Below are positions 22,160 through 31,515 of a DNA stretch of 32,000 bases, one piece after another. Position 1 is the first letter of the stretch. Each line of letters opens with the position of its first letter. Source of the stretch: Candidatus Blochmanniella floridana (GTDB taxonomy: Bacteria > Pseudomonadota > Gammaproteobacteria > Enterobacterales > Enterobacteriaceae). The DNA lies in the NCBI GenBank assembly GCA_000043285.1, contig BX248583.1, positions 540,001 to 572,000 on the forward strand, written 5' to 3'. The translations under genes and the position numbers were made by a program. Under the pieces are notes generated by a model. That model ran no database searches. It was not told the origin of the DNA and worked only from the letters and a program-made list of their open reading frames with translations.

Positions 22160-23944
22160 TCATTTAAATATCAAATTAGATCTTATTAAACCTTGAATAT
22201 TATTGTAGTTATCAGATTGATGCAAAAAGGAATATATATTCATAGCCGCAATTTTCCCTATAAACTTTAACTGTAAAAAAGATTGCAAATCAGCATTCAT
22301 TAAATTTTCAATAGTCCTATACATATAAGCCAATTTATTTGATACTGATTCTCCAACCCCAGGAATACCTAACGCATATATAAATGCAGATAATGTAATT
22401 TCTTTTGCAATCAAAATAGATTGTAACAACCTCTCCGCAGATTTTTCTCCATATCTATCTAAACACAATAATTTCTCCTTACTTAAAGAAAAAAAATCAA
22501 CTGGAGTACATATCAACCCTTTATCAACTAATTGATTAATAACCCTTGATCCCATTCCTTGAATATTCATCGCCTTTCGTGAAGCAAAATGCTTTAAGGC
22601 AGATTTACGTTGAGCTAAACACGTTAATTTCGCAAGACAACGCAACACAGAAGATTTATTATCCTCCACCTTTAATATAGAACCACACGATGGGCAAAAT
22701 TCTGGAATTTTTATAAATTTCGCATTATCAACACGATTTTCTAAAATTATTTTTAAAATTTTAGGAATAACATCGCCAGATCGTTGTACAATTACTGTAT
22801 CACCAATCATTAAATTTAATCTCTTCACCTCATTAACATTATGCATGTTTACCTTTTTAATGATAACATTACCAATAACAACAGGATTAATATAAGCTAT
22901 TGGCGTGATTAAACCTGTTCGACCAACTTTAAACACTACATCATTCAATTTAGTCAATTTTAACTCTGCAGGAAACTTATATGCAACAGCCCAATTTGGA
23001 GCTCGAAATCCACACCCTAATTGATCCTGATAAATACAATTATCTATTTTAATAACTATTCCATCAATTTGATATTCTAATTCAGATCTGATTTTCCTTA
23101 CATAATTATAATATTCTAAAACTGGATCAATTCCAGAAACAATCTGAATATAATTATTAATAGATAAACCCCATCTATTACATAATTTCAATCGACCCCA
23201 ATGACTATTTGGTAACTGTTTTAACCCTGCATAATAACTAATTCCATAACAACAAAATACTAAAGAACGTAACTCCGTAACATGTGGATCCAATTGACGT
23301 AAAGAACCAGAAGCAGCATTTCTCGCATTAGAAAATACTTTCTTTCCAGAACTTAACATTTCTTGATTAAGTTTTGAAAAAGATAACTTTGATATAAATA
23401 TTTCACCACGTATCTCTAATAAATCAGGTAAAATCTCATTATTATTTTTTTTTAAATTCTTAGGTATCGAATCAATAGCATTAACATTTTTAGTTACATT
23501 TTCTCCAATTTTACCATCACCTCTTGTAGCAGCATGAACTAATTTACCTTGCTTATATAAAATACTTAAAGCTACTCCATCTATTTTCAATTCACAGCAA
23601 TATACAATAAGGTTCTGATTAATATTATAATGATTACTTAATTTATATTTTATTCTCTTATCAAACAACAACAATTGCGATTTATCCCTAATCGAATTCA
23701 AGGATAACATTGGTTTTTGGTGACGTATCCGATTCAAACTATTATCACAAACATTACTTATAGATTGAGTAGAAGAACTTTTTGTAATCAAATAAGGATA
23801 TTTAAATTCTAATTGACGCAATTCTTCTAATAAAATATCATATTCTTCATCAGAAACTTTAGACTCACTTTTTACATAATATAAATATTCCAAATAATTT
23901 AATCTTTCTCTCAAGATTTGTACCCTATTTTTTATTAATTTCAT
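22160..23944 (-). CDS. ligA: NAD+-dependent DNA ligase, ending after the HhH domain with no BRCT domain
   Basis: 594-aa ORF with ATG at 23944. It has the adenylation motif CELKIDG, the OB region, the zinc finger CPSCGS...RC...TC and HhH repeats (GIPGVGESVSNKLA). Sequence stops at ...NIYSFLHQSDNYNNIQGLIRSNLIFK, where the E. coli enzyme (671 aa) continues into BRCT. Confidence 0.93.
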   Translation of the reverse strand: MKLIKNRVQILRERLNYLEYLYYVKSESKVSDEEYDILLEELRQLEFKYPYLITKSSSTQSISNVCDNSLNRIRHQKPMLSLNSIRDKSQLLLFDKRIKYKLSNHYNINQNLIVYCCELKIDGVALSILYKQGKLVHAATRGDGKIGENVTKNVNAIDSIPKNLKKNNNEILPDLLEIRGEIFISKLSFSKLNQEMLSSGKKVFSNARNAASGSLRQLDPHVTELRSLVFCCYGISYYAGLKQLPNSHWGRLKLCNRWGLSINNYIQIVSGIDPVLEYYNYVRKIRSELEYQIDGIVIKIDNCIYQDQLGCGFRAPNWAVAYKFPAELKLTKLNDVVFKVGRTGLITPIAYINPVVIGNVIIKKVNMHNVNEVKRLNLMIGDTVIVQRSGDVIPKILKIILENRVDNAKFIKIPEFCPSCGSILKVEDNKSSVLRCLAKLTCLAQRKSALKHFASRKAMNIQGMGSRVINQLVDKGLICTPVDFFSLSKEKLLCLDRYGEKSAERLLQSILIAKEITLSAFIYALGIPGVGESVSNKLAYMYRTIENLMNADLQSFLQLKFIGKIAAMNIYSFLHQSDNYNNIQGLIRSNLIFK

Positions 23945-24241
23945 AATTTTTAATATTCATTAAAAAACCATAACACATAAATTTATGTTATAGAATAACA
24001 TTCATTACTTTAAAACATATAATAATCCATAAAACATCAAAAATTTTTTAAATATACTTCTATTTATTTAAATTCCATGCTACAAAGAACATTATATTAG
24101 TATTAGTATTAGAAAATTATTATATTGTTATGAATTATCATAATCTATAATAATTAATCGTATTAAATTCTCATGAGTATGTATTAATTAAAATTAATAC
24201 TTAATATCACAAACATTATATATATTTGGAGTATATAAATT

Positions 24242-25186
24242 ATGAATAAAATTTATCAAGATAATTCTTATACTATTGGTCATACTCCATTAGTACGACT
24301 TAATAAAATTGGTAATCAATTTATTATGGCCAAAATTGAATCAAGAAATCCCAGTTTTAGCGTTAAATGTCGCATTGGATCTAACATGATATGGGACGCA
24401 GAAAAAAAAAATATATTAAACCCAAATATCACTATTATAGAAGCAACTAGCGGAAATACTGGTATAGCTTTAGCATATGTAACTGCAGCACGAAACTACA
24501 AATTACTCTTAACTATGCCTGAAACTATGAGTATTGAACGACAAAAACTAATACGAGCTTTAGGTGCAGATATAATCTTAACAGAAGGACATCTTGGTAT
24601 GAAAGGAGCGATCAATCGCGCAACCGAAATTGCAAACGATAACCCAAGCAAATATTTATTACTACAACAATTTAGTAATCCAGCAAATCCTAATATTCAC
24701 GAACGCACCACAGGACCAGAAATTTGGTATGATACTCATGGAAATATAGATATATTTGTTGCTGGAGTTGGAACTGGAGGTACCATCACAGGAGTAGGAA
24801 GATTTTTTAAACAAATACAAAACAAAAAAATCACTATAGTAGCGGTTGAACCAAAAGATTCTCCAGTCATTACTCAAACCTTGTCTGGACAAAGTATAAA
24901 ACCAGCCCCACATAAAATCCAAGGAATTGGAGCAGGATTCATCCCCAAAAATTTAGATTTAAATTTAATTGATCAAGTAGTAACTGTCGAAACAGATGCA
25001 GCAATTTCTTATGCTAAATTCTTAATGCAAAAAGAAGGAATTTTAGCAGGTATTTCCTCAGGAGCTGCTTTAGCAGCAGCAGTACAATTACAACAACAGG
25101 AAAAACATACTAATAAAAATATAGTTATAATACTTCCGTCATCTGGAGAAAGATATTTAAGCACCATACTATTTTCGGATTCATGA
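24242..25186 (+). CDS. cysK: Cysteine synthase A (O-acetylserine sulfhydrylase)
   Basis: 314-aa ORF. It contains [24 protein letters not shown] (with the PLP lysine), [20 protein letters not shown] and [11 protein letters not shown], and is collinear with E. coli CysK. Confidence 0.95.
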   Translation: MNKIYQDNSYTIGHTPLVRLNKIGNQFIMAKIESRNPSFSVKCRIGSNMIWDAEKKNILNPNITIIEATSGNTGIALAYVTAARNYKLLLTMPETMSIERQKLIRALGADIILTEGHLGMKGAINRATEIANDNPSKYLLLQQFSNPANPNIHERTTGPEIWYDTHGNIDIFVAGVGTGGTITGVGRFFKQIQNKKITIVAVEPKDSPVITQTLSGQSIKPAPHKIQGIGAGFIPKNLDLNLIDQVVTVETDAAISYAKFLMQKEGILAGISSGAALAAAVQLQQQEKHTNKNIVIILPSSGERYLSTILFSDS

Positions 25187-25534
25187 TATACACATTTATC
25201 TATAAAATATATGTTAATATAATTTAATGAATTAATCTTAACCTTTCATGTTTACTTTTATATAAAAACATTGTGCGTTTTATTTACTACAAAACCATTA
25301 AAAAAAGATTGAATTAATTACATTATATAATAAAATATTTATTTTTATTACACATTAAAATATTACAATTAAATACTAAATATTTTAATTAATATGCTAA
25401 ATTTAAATACAAATTATTTTAATCAAAGACTTGTTGATAAATAAAATATTATTAAAATTAATACTCTACTGATCTCATACTAACTGTAAAACATTATACA
25501 ACATCTATTTATATATGTAATAATGGAGACAAAT

Positions 25535-25807
25535 ATGTTTCAAAAAGAAATAACAATTACTGCTCTTAACGGATTGCATACTCGTCCTGCTACTCAATTC
25601 GTAAAAGAAGCAAAAAACTTTATATCTGAAATTGTAATTACATCCAATGGAAAACAAGCAAATGCAAAAAGTTTATTTAAACTACAAACTTTAGGATTAA
25701 GTCAAGGATCTGTAATTACTATTTCTGCTCAAGGATCAGATGAAAAAAAAGCAGTACAATATTTAATCAAATTTATCACTAATCTAAACCATCTTTCGCA
25801 TGAATAA
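25535..25807 (+). CDS. ptsH: Phosphocarrier protein HPr
   Basis: The track ORF starts at 25523, but the ATG at 25535 gives [27 protein letters not shown] (E. coli: [27 protein letters not shown]). A GGAG at 25525-25528 sits 6 nt upstream. His15 and the Ser46 context ([12 protein letters not shown]) are present. Confidence 0.93.
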   Translation: MFQKEITITALNGLHTRPATQFVKEAKNFISEIVITSNGKQANAKSLFKLQTLGLSQGSVITISAQGSDEKKAVQYLIKFITNLNHLSHE

Positions 25808-25838
25808 TATACAATATGGACTTAATATAGGCAAAATT

Positions 25839-27563
25839 ATGATCTCAGGCATTTCAGTATCACCTGGTATTGCTTTAGGAAAAGCATTATTACTAAAAGA
25901 AAAAAAAATAGTCATTAATACTAAAAAAATTACTATCAAATCCATTGATAAAGAAATTAAAAAATTTCTTTCTGGACGATCTAAAACTGTTGAACAATTA
26001 AAAGAAATTAAAAAAAAAGTAAGAAAAAAATTAGATTCTAAACAAGAAAGTATTTTTGAAGGTCATATTATATTATTAGAAGATGAAGAACTAGAACAAG
26101 ATATTATCACTCTCATTAAAGATGAATTATTCACTGCCGATGCTGCAGTATATTCCGTTATTGAAAACCAAGCTAACGCTTTAGAAAAATTAAAAGACGA
26201 ATATTTAAAGGAACGATCCATTGATGTTCGTGATATTGGCAATCGTTTATTAAAAAATATTCTAAATATACCTATTATCAATCTCAATGATATTACTGAA
26301 GAAGTTATTATTATAACAGTTGACTTAAGTCCATCAGAAACTGCTCAACTTAATCCAAAAAAAATATTAGGATTTATTACTGATTTAGGAGGAAAAACTT
26401 CTCATACCTCCATCATGGCACGTTCTTTAGAGCTACCTGCTATTGTAGGAACAAATACAATTACAACAACTGTTATGGATGGAGATTTTATAATTCTCGA
26501 TTCCTTAAACAACAAAATCTATATTAATCCTGATCTAAATATTATTCATACTTTAAAATTATTAAAAAAAAAATATCTCTCTGAAAAAAAACAATTAACT
26601 AAACTCAAAAATCTTCCATCTATTACTCTAGATAACCATAAAGTTCATATATGTGCTAATATCAGTACAGTACATGATATCGTTAAAGCTCAAGAAAATG
26701 GAGCAGAAGGCATAGGATTATACAGAACTGAATTTTTATTTATGAATCGTAATGCATTACCTACAGAAGAAGAACAATTCCAAGCTTACAAAAACGCTGC
26801 AGAATCTATGTACAATCAATCTATCATTATACGTATTATGGATATAGGAGGAGATAAAAATTTACCCTATATGAATCTGCCACATGAAGATAATCCATTT
26901 CTTGGATGGAGAGCTATTCGTATTCTGATGGATCGCAAAGACATGTTACATACTCAACTGAGAGCAATTCTCAGAGCATCTTTTTTTGGTAAATTACGAA
27001 TAATGTATCCTATGATCATTTCAGTAGAAGAAATACAACAACTAAACACAGAATTAAACTTCTTAAAAACTCAACTACATAACTCAGGAGAAAAGTTTGA
27101 CGAAAACATTAAAGTAGGAGTTATGATTGAAACTCCTTCTGCAGCAATTATTGCTCATCATTTAATTAAAGAAGTAGATTTTTTCAGCATCGGAACTAAT
27201 GATTTAACTCAATACACTCTTGCTGTTGACCGTGGAAATAAATTAATTTCTCATTTATATAATCCTATGTCTCCATCCATTTTAATTTTAATAAAAAAAA
27301 TCATTGAATCATCACACATTGCAGGAAAATGGACTGCTATGTGCGGTGAAATGGCAGGAGATGAACGTGCCGTTCCTTTATTATTAGGAATGGGATTAGA
27401 TGAATTTAGCATGAGCGCTATATCTATTCCAAAAGTTAAAAAAATTATTCGTAATACTTATTATCACGATGCCCAACTATTAGCTCAAAAAGCATTAAAA
27501 TGCTCTACCACAGAAGAGTTAATGAAATTACTATCAAGTCACCTACCAATTCAAGAAACTTAA
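25839..27563 (+). CDS. ptsI: PTS enzyme I (PEP-protein phosphotransferase)
   Basis: The track ORF starts at 25800. Homology begins at [21 protein letters not shown] with ATG at 25839 (E. coli: [21 protein letters not shown]), giving 574 aa against 575. The active-site region [21 protein letters not shown] is present, as are [10 protein letters not shown] and [18 protein letters not shown]. Confidence 0.93.
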   Translation: MISGISVSPGIALGKALLLKEKKIVINTKKITIKSIDKEIKKFLSGRSKTVEQLKEIKKKVRKKLDSKQESIFEGHIILLEDEELEQDIITLIKDELFTADAAVYSVIENQANALEKLKDEYLKERSIDVRDIGNRLLKNILNIPIINLNDITEEVIIITVDLSPSETAQLNPKKILGFITDLGGKTSHTSIMARSLELPAIVGTNTITTTVMDGDFIILDSLNNKIYINPDLNIIHTLKLLKKKYLSEKKQLTKLKNLPSITLDNHKVHICANISTVHDIVKAQENGAEGIGLYRTEFLFMNRNALPTEEEQFQAYKNAAESMYNQSIIIRIMDIGGDKNLPYMNLPHEDNPFLGWRAIRILMDRKDMLHTQLRAILRASFFGKLRIMYPMIISVEEIQQLNTELNFLKTQLHNSGEKFDENIKVGVMIETPSAAIIAHHLIKEVDFFSIGTNDLTQYTLAVDRGNKLISHLYNPMSPSILILIKKIIESSHIAGKWTAMCGEMAGDERAVPLLLGMGLDEFSMSAISIPKVKKIIRNTYYHDAQLLAQKALKCSTTEELMKLLSSHLPIQET

Positions 27564-27686
27564 TCATTTAAACTAATTACATTAAAAATATATACCATTC
27601 CTCTGCTCAGTATATACCTCATAATCCTACAACATTATACAATCTTATACAAATACTTACCCTGATCTATCCTATAACTCCAACTA

Positions 27687-28739
27687 TCACGAATATAATT
27701 TAGCATTACGACCACTTAAATAACAATACATACCAAATTCTGGAATACCAAAACTATCTTTTACTCCCAAAATAATAGTTAACAAATCATGATGCCAACC
27801 TAATGGTTCTACGCTTAATTGCCAATAATAACCATGAAAACTAACATTAATTATCTTCACTGGTAATGGAGAAAAAATACTAAATTCTTTTCTTATCTCC
27901 ATCTCCCAAGGTCTAAAAAAAAGTTCAACCTCTCCTTGCACTTTTGGAATATATGATAAATTCCAATAATACGGTCCAATAAATAATTCTGTACCACATA
28001 TCATTCCAATTACACAATTAATTTCACTTAAAAATTCAAAAACAAAACGAGTCGAAGGAACACACCAAATATCTTCAGGAGTACCTATCTGTTCAATCAC
28101 ACCATGATTCATAATTACTATACGATTAGCTATCTCCATAGCTTCTTCTTGATCATGAGTTACAAATACACCAGTAAACTTAAATTCTTGATGTAAATTT
28201 CGGATCCAACGACGCAGTTCTTTACGTACCTGTGTATCTAAAGCACCAAATGGTTCATCCAATAACAATATTTTCGGCTCAATCGCTAAAGCTCGAGCTA
28301 ATGCAACTCGTTGCTTTTGCCCACCAGACAATTGAGAAGGATACCTATTCGCTAAATGATCTAATTGTACTATACTAAGTAACTGCATAGCTTTTTTATC
28401 AATAATATACCTGCTAGGCCGCTTATGTCGTGGCAACATACGTATTCCAAACGAAACATTATCCAATACCGTCATATGACGAAATAACGCATAATTTTGA
28501 AACACAAAACCTACTCGACGATCACGAGCACTCACTCCTCCTACATCTTGACCTTTTAAACGAAGATAACCACTGCTATGACTTTCAAGTCCAGCAATAA
28601 TTCGTAACAACGTTGTTTTACCAGATCCGGATGGTCCCAACAACGCTATCATTTCTCCAGATTTAATATTAATCGAAATATTAGTTAAAATTTTCCTATG
28701 ATTAAAAACTTTAGAAATCTTATCAATTTCAATATTCAC
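27687..28739 (-). CDS. cysA: Sulfate/thiosulfate ABC transporter ATP-binding protein; non-ATG (probably GTG) start
   Basis: Walker A GPSGSGKTTLLR, the signature LSGGQKQRVALARAL, Walker B LLLDEPFGALD and the CysA-type C-terminal domain are present. No in-frame ATG lies upstream of the Walker A region. The candidate starts are TTG 28772, GTG 28754 and GTG 28739. The last gives (M)NIEIDKISKVF, which aligns with E. coli MSIEIANIKKSF and has AAAGG 7 nt upstream. Confidence 0.88.
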   Translation of the reverse strand: MNIEIDKISKVFNHRKILTNISINIKSGEMIALLGPSGSGKTTLLRIIAGLESHSSGYLRLKGQDVGGVSARDRRVGFVFQNYALFRHMTVLDNVSFGIRMLPRHKRPSRYIIDKKAMQLLSIVQLDHLANRYPSQLSGGQKQRVALARALAIEPKILLLDEPFGALDTQVRKELRRWIRNLHQEFKFTGVFVTHDQEEAMEIANRIVIMNHGVIEQIGTPEDIWCVPSTRFVFEFLSEINCVIGMICGTELFIGPYYWNLSYIPKVQGEVELFFRPWEMEIRKEFSIFSPLPVKIINVSFHGYYWQLSVEPLGWHHDLLTIILGVKDSFGIPEFGMYCYLSGRNAKLYS

Positions 28740-28768
28740 ATTTCTACCTTTCACTATTAATGAGTATA

Positions 28769-29626
28769 TCAACTATAATAACTTACACGATATTTAAAAT
28801 AATTCTTTATACATAGTATAATAATTGATGCTAATGCTAATAATGATGCAGCTATAAATGCTCCTACAGTATTATAATCCTGATATAATAACTCTATATA
28901 TAAAGGCACAGTATACGTTTCTCCTCGAACTAAACCTGACACTATAGATGATGCTCCAAATTCCCCAATAGCTCGAGCATTAGTTATTGTTATTCCATAC
29001 AATAACGCCCATCTAATATTAGGAAAAGTAACATGACGAAACATCATCCATCCAGATGCTCCTAATAAAATAGCTGCTTCATCTTCCTGATCACCTTGAT
29101 TAATCATAACAGGAATAACTTCATTTGCAATAAATGGACAAGTTACAAAAATTGTTACCAATAATATACCTAGCCAATTAAACATTATTTGTATATCATA
29201 TATATCTAACCAATTCCCAATTATACTATTACTGGAATAACACAATAAATATAATAACCCAACTATTACTGGAGATACAGCAATAGGAATATTTAGCATA
29301 ATAATTAATAATTGTCGACCATAAAATCTAAATCGAGTAACTAACCAAGACATTAATATGCCAAAAATCATATTAATAGGAACTGCTGTACATGTCACGA
29401 AAACTGTTAAAAATATAGAATGAATCATATCAATATCTAATAAATTCAACATCACTATTTGTAACCCTTCTGATAGAGCAATTACAAAAATCATCACCAA
29501 AGGAATAAACAAAAGTAATATCGCAATCAACATACTACAACTAATTAACAACCATTTCCCCCATCTCATATTCTTTACAATATCACTCCCAATTTTATAA
29601 TTAAAATAATTCACGAAATCTATCAT
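28769..29626 (-). CDS. cysW: Sulfate/thiosulfate ABC transporter permease
   Basis: The track ORF extends to 29680. The internal ATG at 29626 lies 1 nt after the cysU TAA (29628-29630) and gives 285 aa. WGKW, FVTCPF, QGDQEDEAAILLGASGW, PNIRWALLYG and NARAIGEFGA match CysW. Confidence 0.92.
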   Translation of the reverse strand: MIDFVNYFNYKIGSDIVKNMRWGKWLLISCSMLIAILLLFIPLVMIFVIALSEGLQIVMLNLLDIDMIHSIFLTVFVTCTAVPINMIFGILMSWLVTRFRFYGRQLLIIMLNIPIAVSPVIVGLLYLLCYSSNSIIGNWLDIYDIQIMFNWLGILLVTIFVTCPFIANEVIPVMINQGDQEDEAAILLGASGWMMFRHVTFPNIRWALLYGITITNARAIGEFGASSIVSGLVRGETYTVPLYIELLYQDYNTVGAFIAASLLALASIIILCIKNYFKYRVSYYS

Positions 29627-29627
29627 C

Positions 29628-30464
29628 TTATAAATAACCTTGAAATTTTTTATGTAATCGCAATTGTAATATAGTAACAATACATAATAATAATAAAGAA
29701 AATATTAATATTACAGAAGAAATAGCACTAGCCGCAGGATAATCAAATTCTTGAATCCTTACAAAAATAATTAATGATACCACCTCATTCTTCCAAGCAA
29801 TATTACCAGCAATAAAGATAATTGCTCCAAATTCCCCTAAACTACGCACAAAAGATAACATTACACCAAATATCCATGCTGGAGCTAATTCAGGAAAAAT
29901 AACATTATAAAAAATTTGCCAATAACTTGCCCCTAATGTTTTTGCTGATTCTTCATATTCTTGAGAAATTTCTTCTAACACAGGCTGCACTGACCTAATC
30001 ACAAATGGTATACTTGTAAAAGTCATTGCAATAGCAACTCCTATCCATGTATACGATACTGTAATTCCCATACCAGCCAACCACTTACCATACCAACCAC
30101 ATTCTGAAAATAAAGTTGATAAAGTCAATCCTGCAACAGCAGTAGGTAATGCAAAAGGCAAATCTATTATAGCATCCAATAATTTCTGACCAGGAAATCG
30201 ATATTTAACTAACACCCAAGATACCATCATTCCAAATATTGCATTAAATATAGCAGCTATTCCAGCTGATAAAAAAGTTACTTTATATGCCACTAATAAT
30301 GACGGCTCTGTAATAATACTCCAATACTGCATCCAACTTATCTGAGATAATTGTACTATCAACGCACTCAAAGGCAGTAATAATACCAAAGAAATAAATA
30401 ACACACTACCACCTAAGGTCACCCCAAATCCTGGCAACCTTTGATGATTATTAATCAATAACAT
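29628..30464 (-). CDS. cysU: Sulfate/thiosulfate ABC transporter permease
   Basis: 278-aa ORF with ATG at 30464, 4 nt after the cysP stop. LPGFG, LLLPLSAL, YRFPG, DLPFALPTAVAGLTL, SLGEFGAIIFIAGNIAWK and RIQEFDYPAASAI match CysU/CysT. Confidence 0.93.
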   Translation of the reverse strand: MLLINNHQRLPGFGVTLGGSVLFISLVLLLPLSALIVQLSQISWMQYWSIITEPSLLVAYKVTFLSAGIAAIFNAIFGMMVSWVLVKYRFPGQKLLDAIIDLPFALPTAVAGLTLSTLFSECGWYGKWLAGMGITVSYTWIGVAIAMTFTSIPFVIRSVQPVLEEISQEYEESAKTLGASYWQIFYNVIFPELAPAWIFGVMLSFVRSLGEFGAIIFIAGNIAWKNEVVSLIIFVRIQEFDYPAASAISSVILIFSLLLLCIVTILQLRLHKKFQGYL

Positions 30465-30468
30465 TATT

Positions 30469-31515
30469 TTAGTATTGTCCTATAGATGATAATAAATAAT
30501 CTAGTTCTCCACCACGCTGAAAATGAATCTTCATGATATTACTCCAACTTTCCTTATATTGTTCTTCTACTTTAAATAATTGAATGTCAGAAAATATATT
30601 GAAATTCGTATCTATAACACCAGCTGTATCTATAACACGATAACCAAATTTATTTATAATTTTTTTTGCTTCATCAGTATAAAGATATTGTAAATAAGCT
30701 TGAGCTACATTTTTAGTACCATTTTTAATGACATTCTTATCTATCCAAGTAACTGGAAATTCTACTAAAATATTTGGATTAGGTATAATAATTTCATATT
30801 TATTTGAACCAAATTGATTTTGTATTAGCTTTGATTCTGATTCAAAATTAATTAATACATCTCCATGATTACGATCTACAAAAGTAGCGGTAGAAGCACG
30901 ACCTCCGGTATCAAATACAACCACATTTTTTAAAAATTTTCGCATTTGATTACGAGTATGTTTTATATTTTTACAGTTATCTTGAAAAAAAGCATTCCAA
31001 GCCGCTAAATACGTATATCGACCATTACCAGATGTTTTAGGATTAGGAAAAATTATTTTTACACCTTCTTTAGTAAGATCATTCCAATTATAAATTTCTT
31101 TTGGATTACCTTTCTTGACTAAAAAAGACATTGTTGAAAAAAAAGGAGAACTACGATTAGGTAATCGATCTTGCCAATTTTTAGGTATCAATTTTCCACG
31201 TTCATATAATATTTGTACATCTATAACTTGATTATAAGTTACTACATCCGCTCGTAATCCTTGTAATACAGCCATAGCTTGTCTAGTAGATCCTGCATGA
31301 GATTGTTTAATAATTAATGTATCGTCAGGATGTATGTTTTTCCAATATTCAATAAAATTAAAATTAATTTCTGAAAATAATTCTCTAGATACATCATAGG
31401 AACTATTCAACAAAACAGTACTATATACTACTGCAGATTGCTCAAAACAATATAAAAAAATTATTATTTTTAATATTCGATAAATAATACATGTTATAGT
31501 CATATAAAATTCCAT
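30469..31515 (-). CDS. cysP: Periplasmic thiosulfate/sulfate-binding protein
   Basis: 348-aa ORF. A hydrophobic N-terminal signal-like segment is followed by LLNSSYDVSRELF, IKQSHAGSTRQA, DVVTYNQVIDVQIL and IFPNPKTSGNGRYTYLAAW, as in CysP/Sbp. I call it cysP because it heads cysUWA. The start could be 31515 or 31503. Confidence 0.9.
   Translation of the reverse strand: MEFYMTITCIIYRILKIIIFLYCFEQSAVVYSTVLLNSSYDVSRELFSEINFNFIEYWKNIHPDDTLIIKQSHAGSTRQAMAVLQGLRADVVTYNQVIDVQILYERGKLIPKNWQDRLPNRSSPFFSTMSFLVKKGNPKEIYNWNDLTKEGVKIIFPNPKTSGNGRYTYLAAWNAFFQDNCKNIKHTRNQMRKFLKNVVVFDTGGRASTATFVDRNHGDVLINFESESKLIQNQFGSNKYEIIIPNPNILVEFPVTWIDKNVIKNGTKNVAQAYLQYLYTDEAKKIINKFGYRVIDTAGVIDTNFNIFSDIQLFKVEEQYKESWSNIMKIHFQRGGELDYLLSSIGQY

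Noticed and set aside
24095-24112. A (TATTAG)x3 tandem hexamer in the ligA/cysK divergent spacer.
   Set aside because: Three copies of an AT-rich hexamer is a minimal microsatellite with no flanking structure, and is probably slippage noise.
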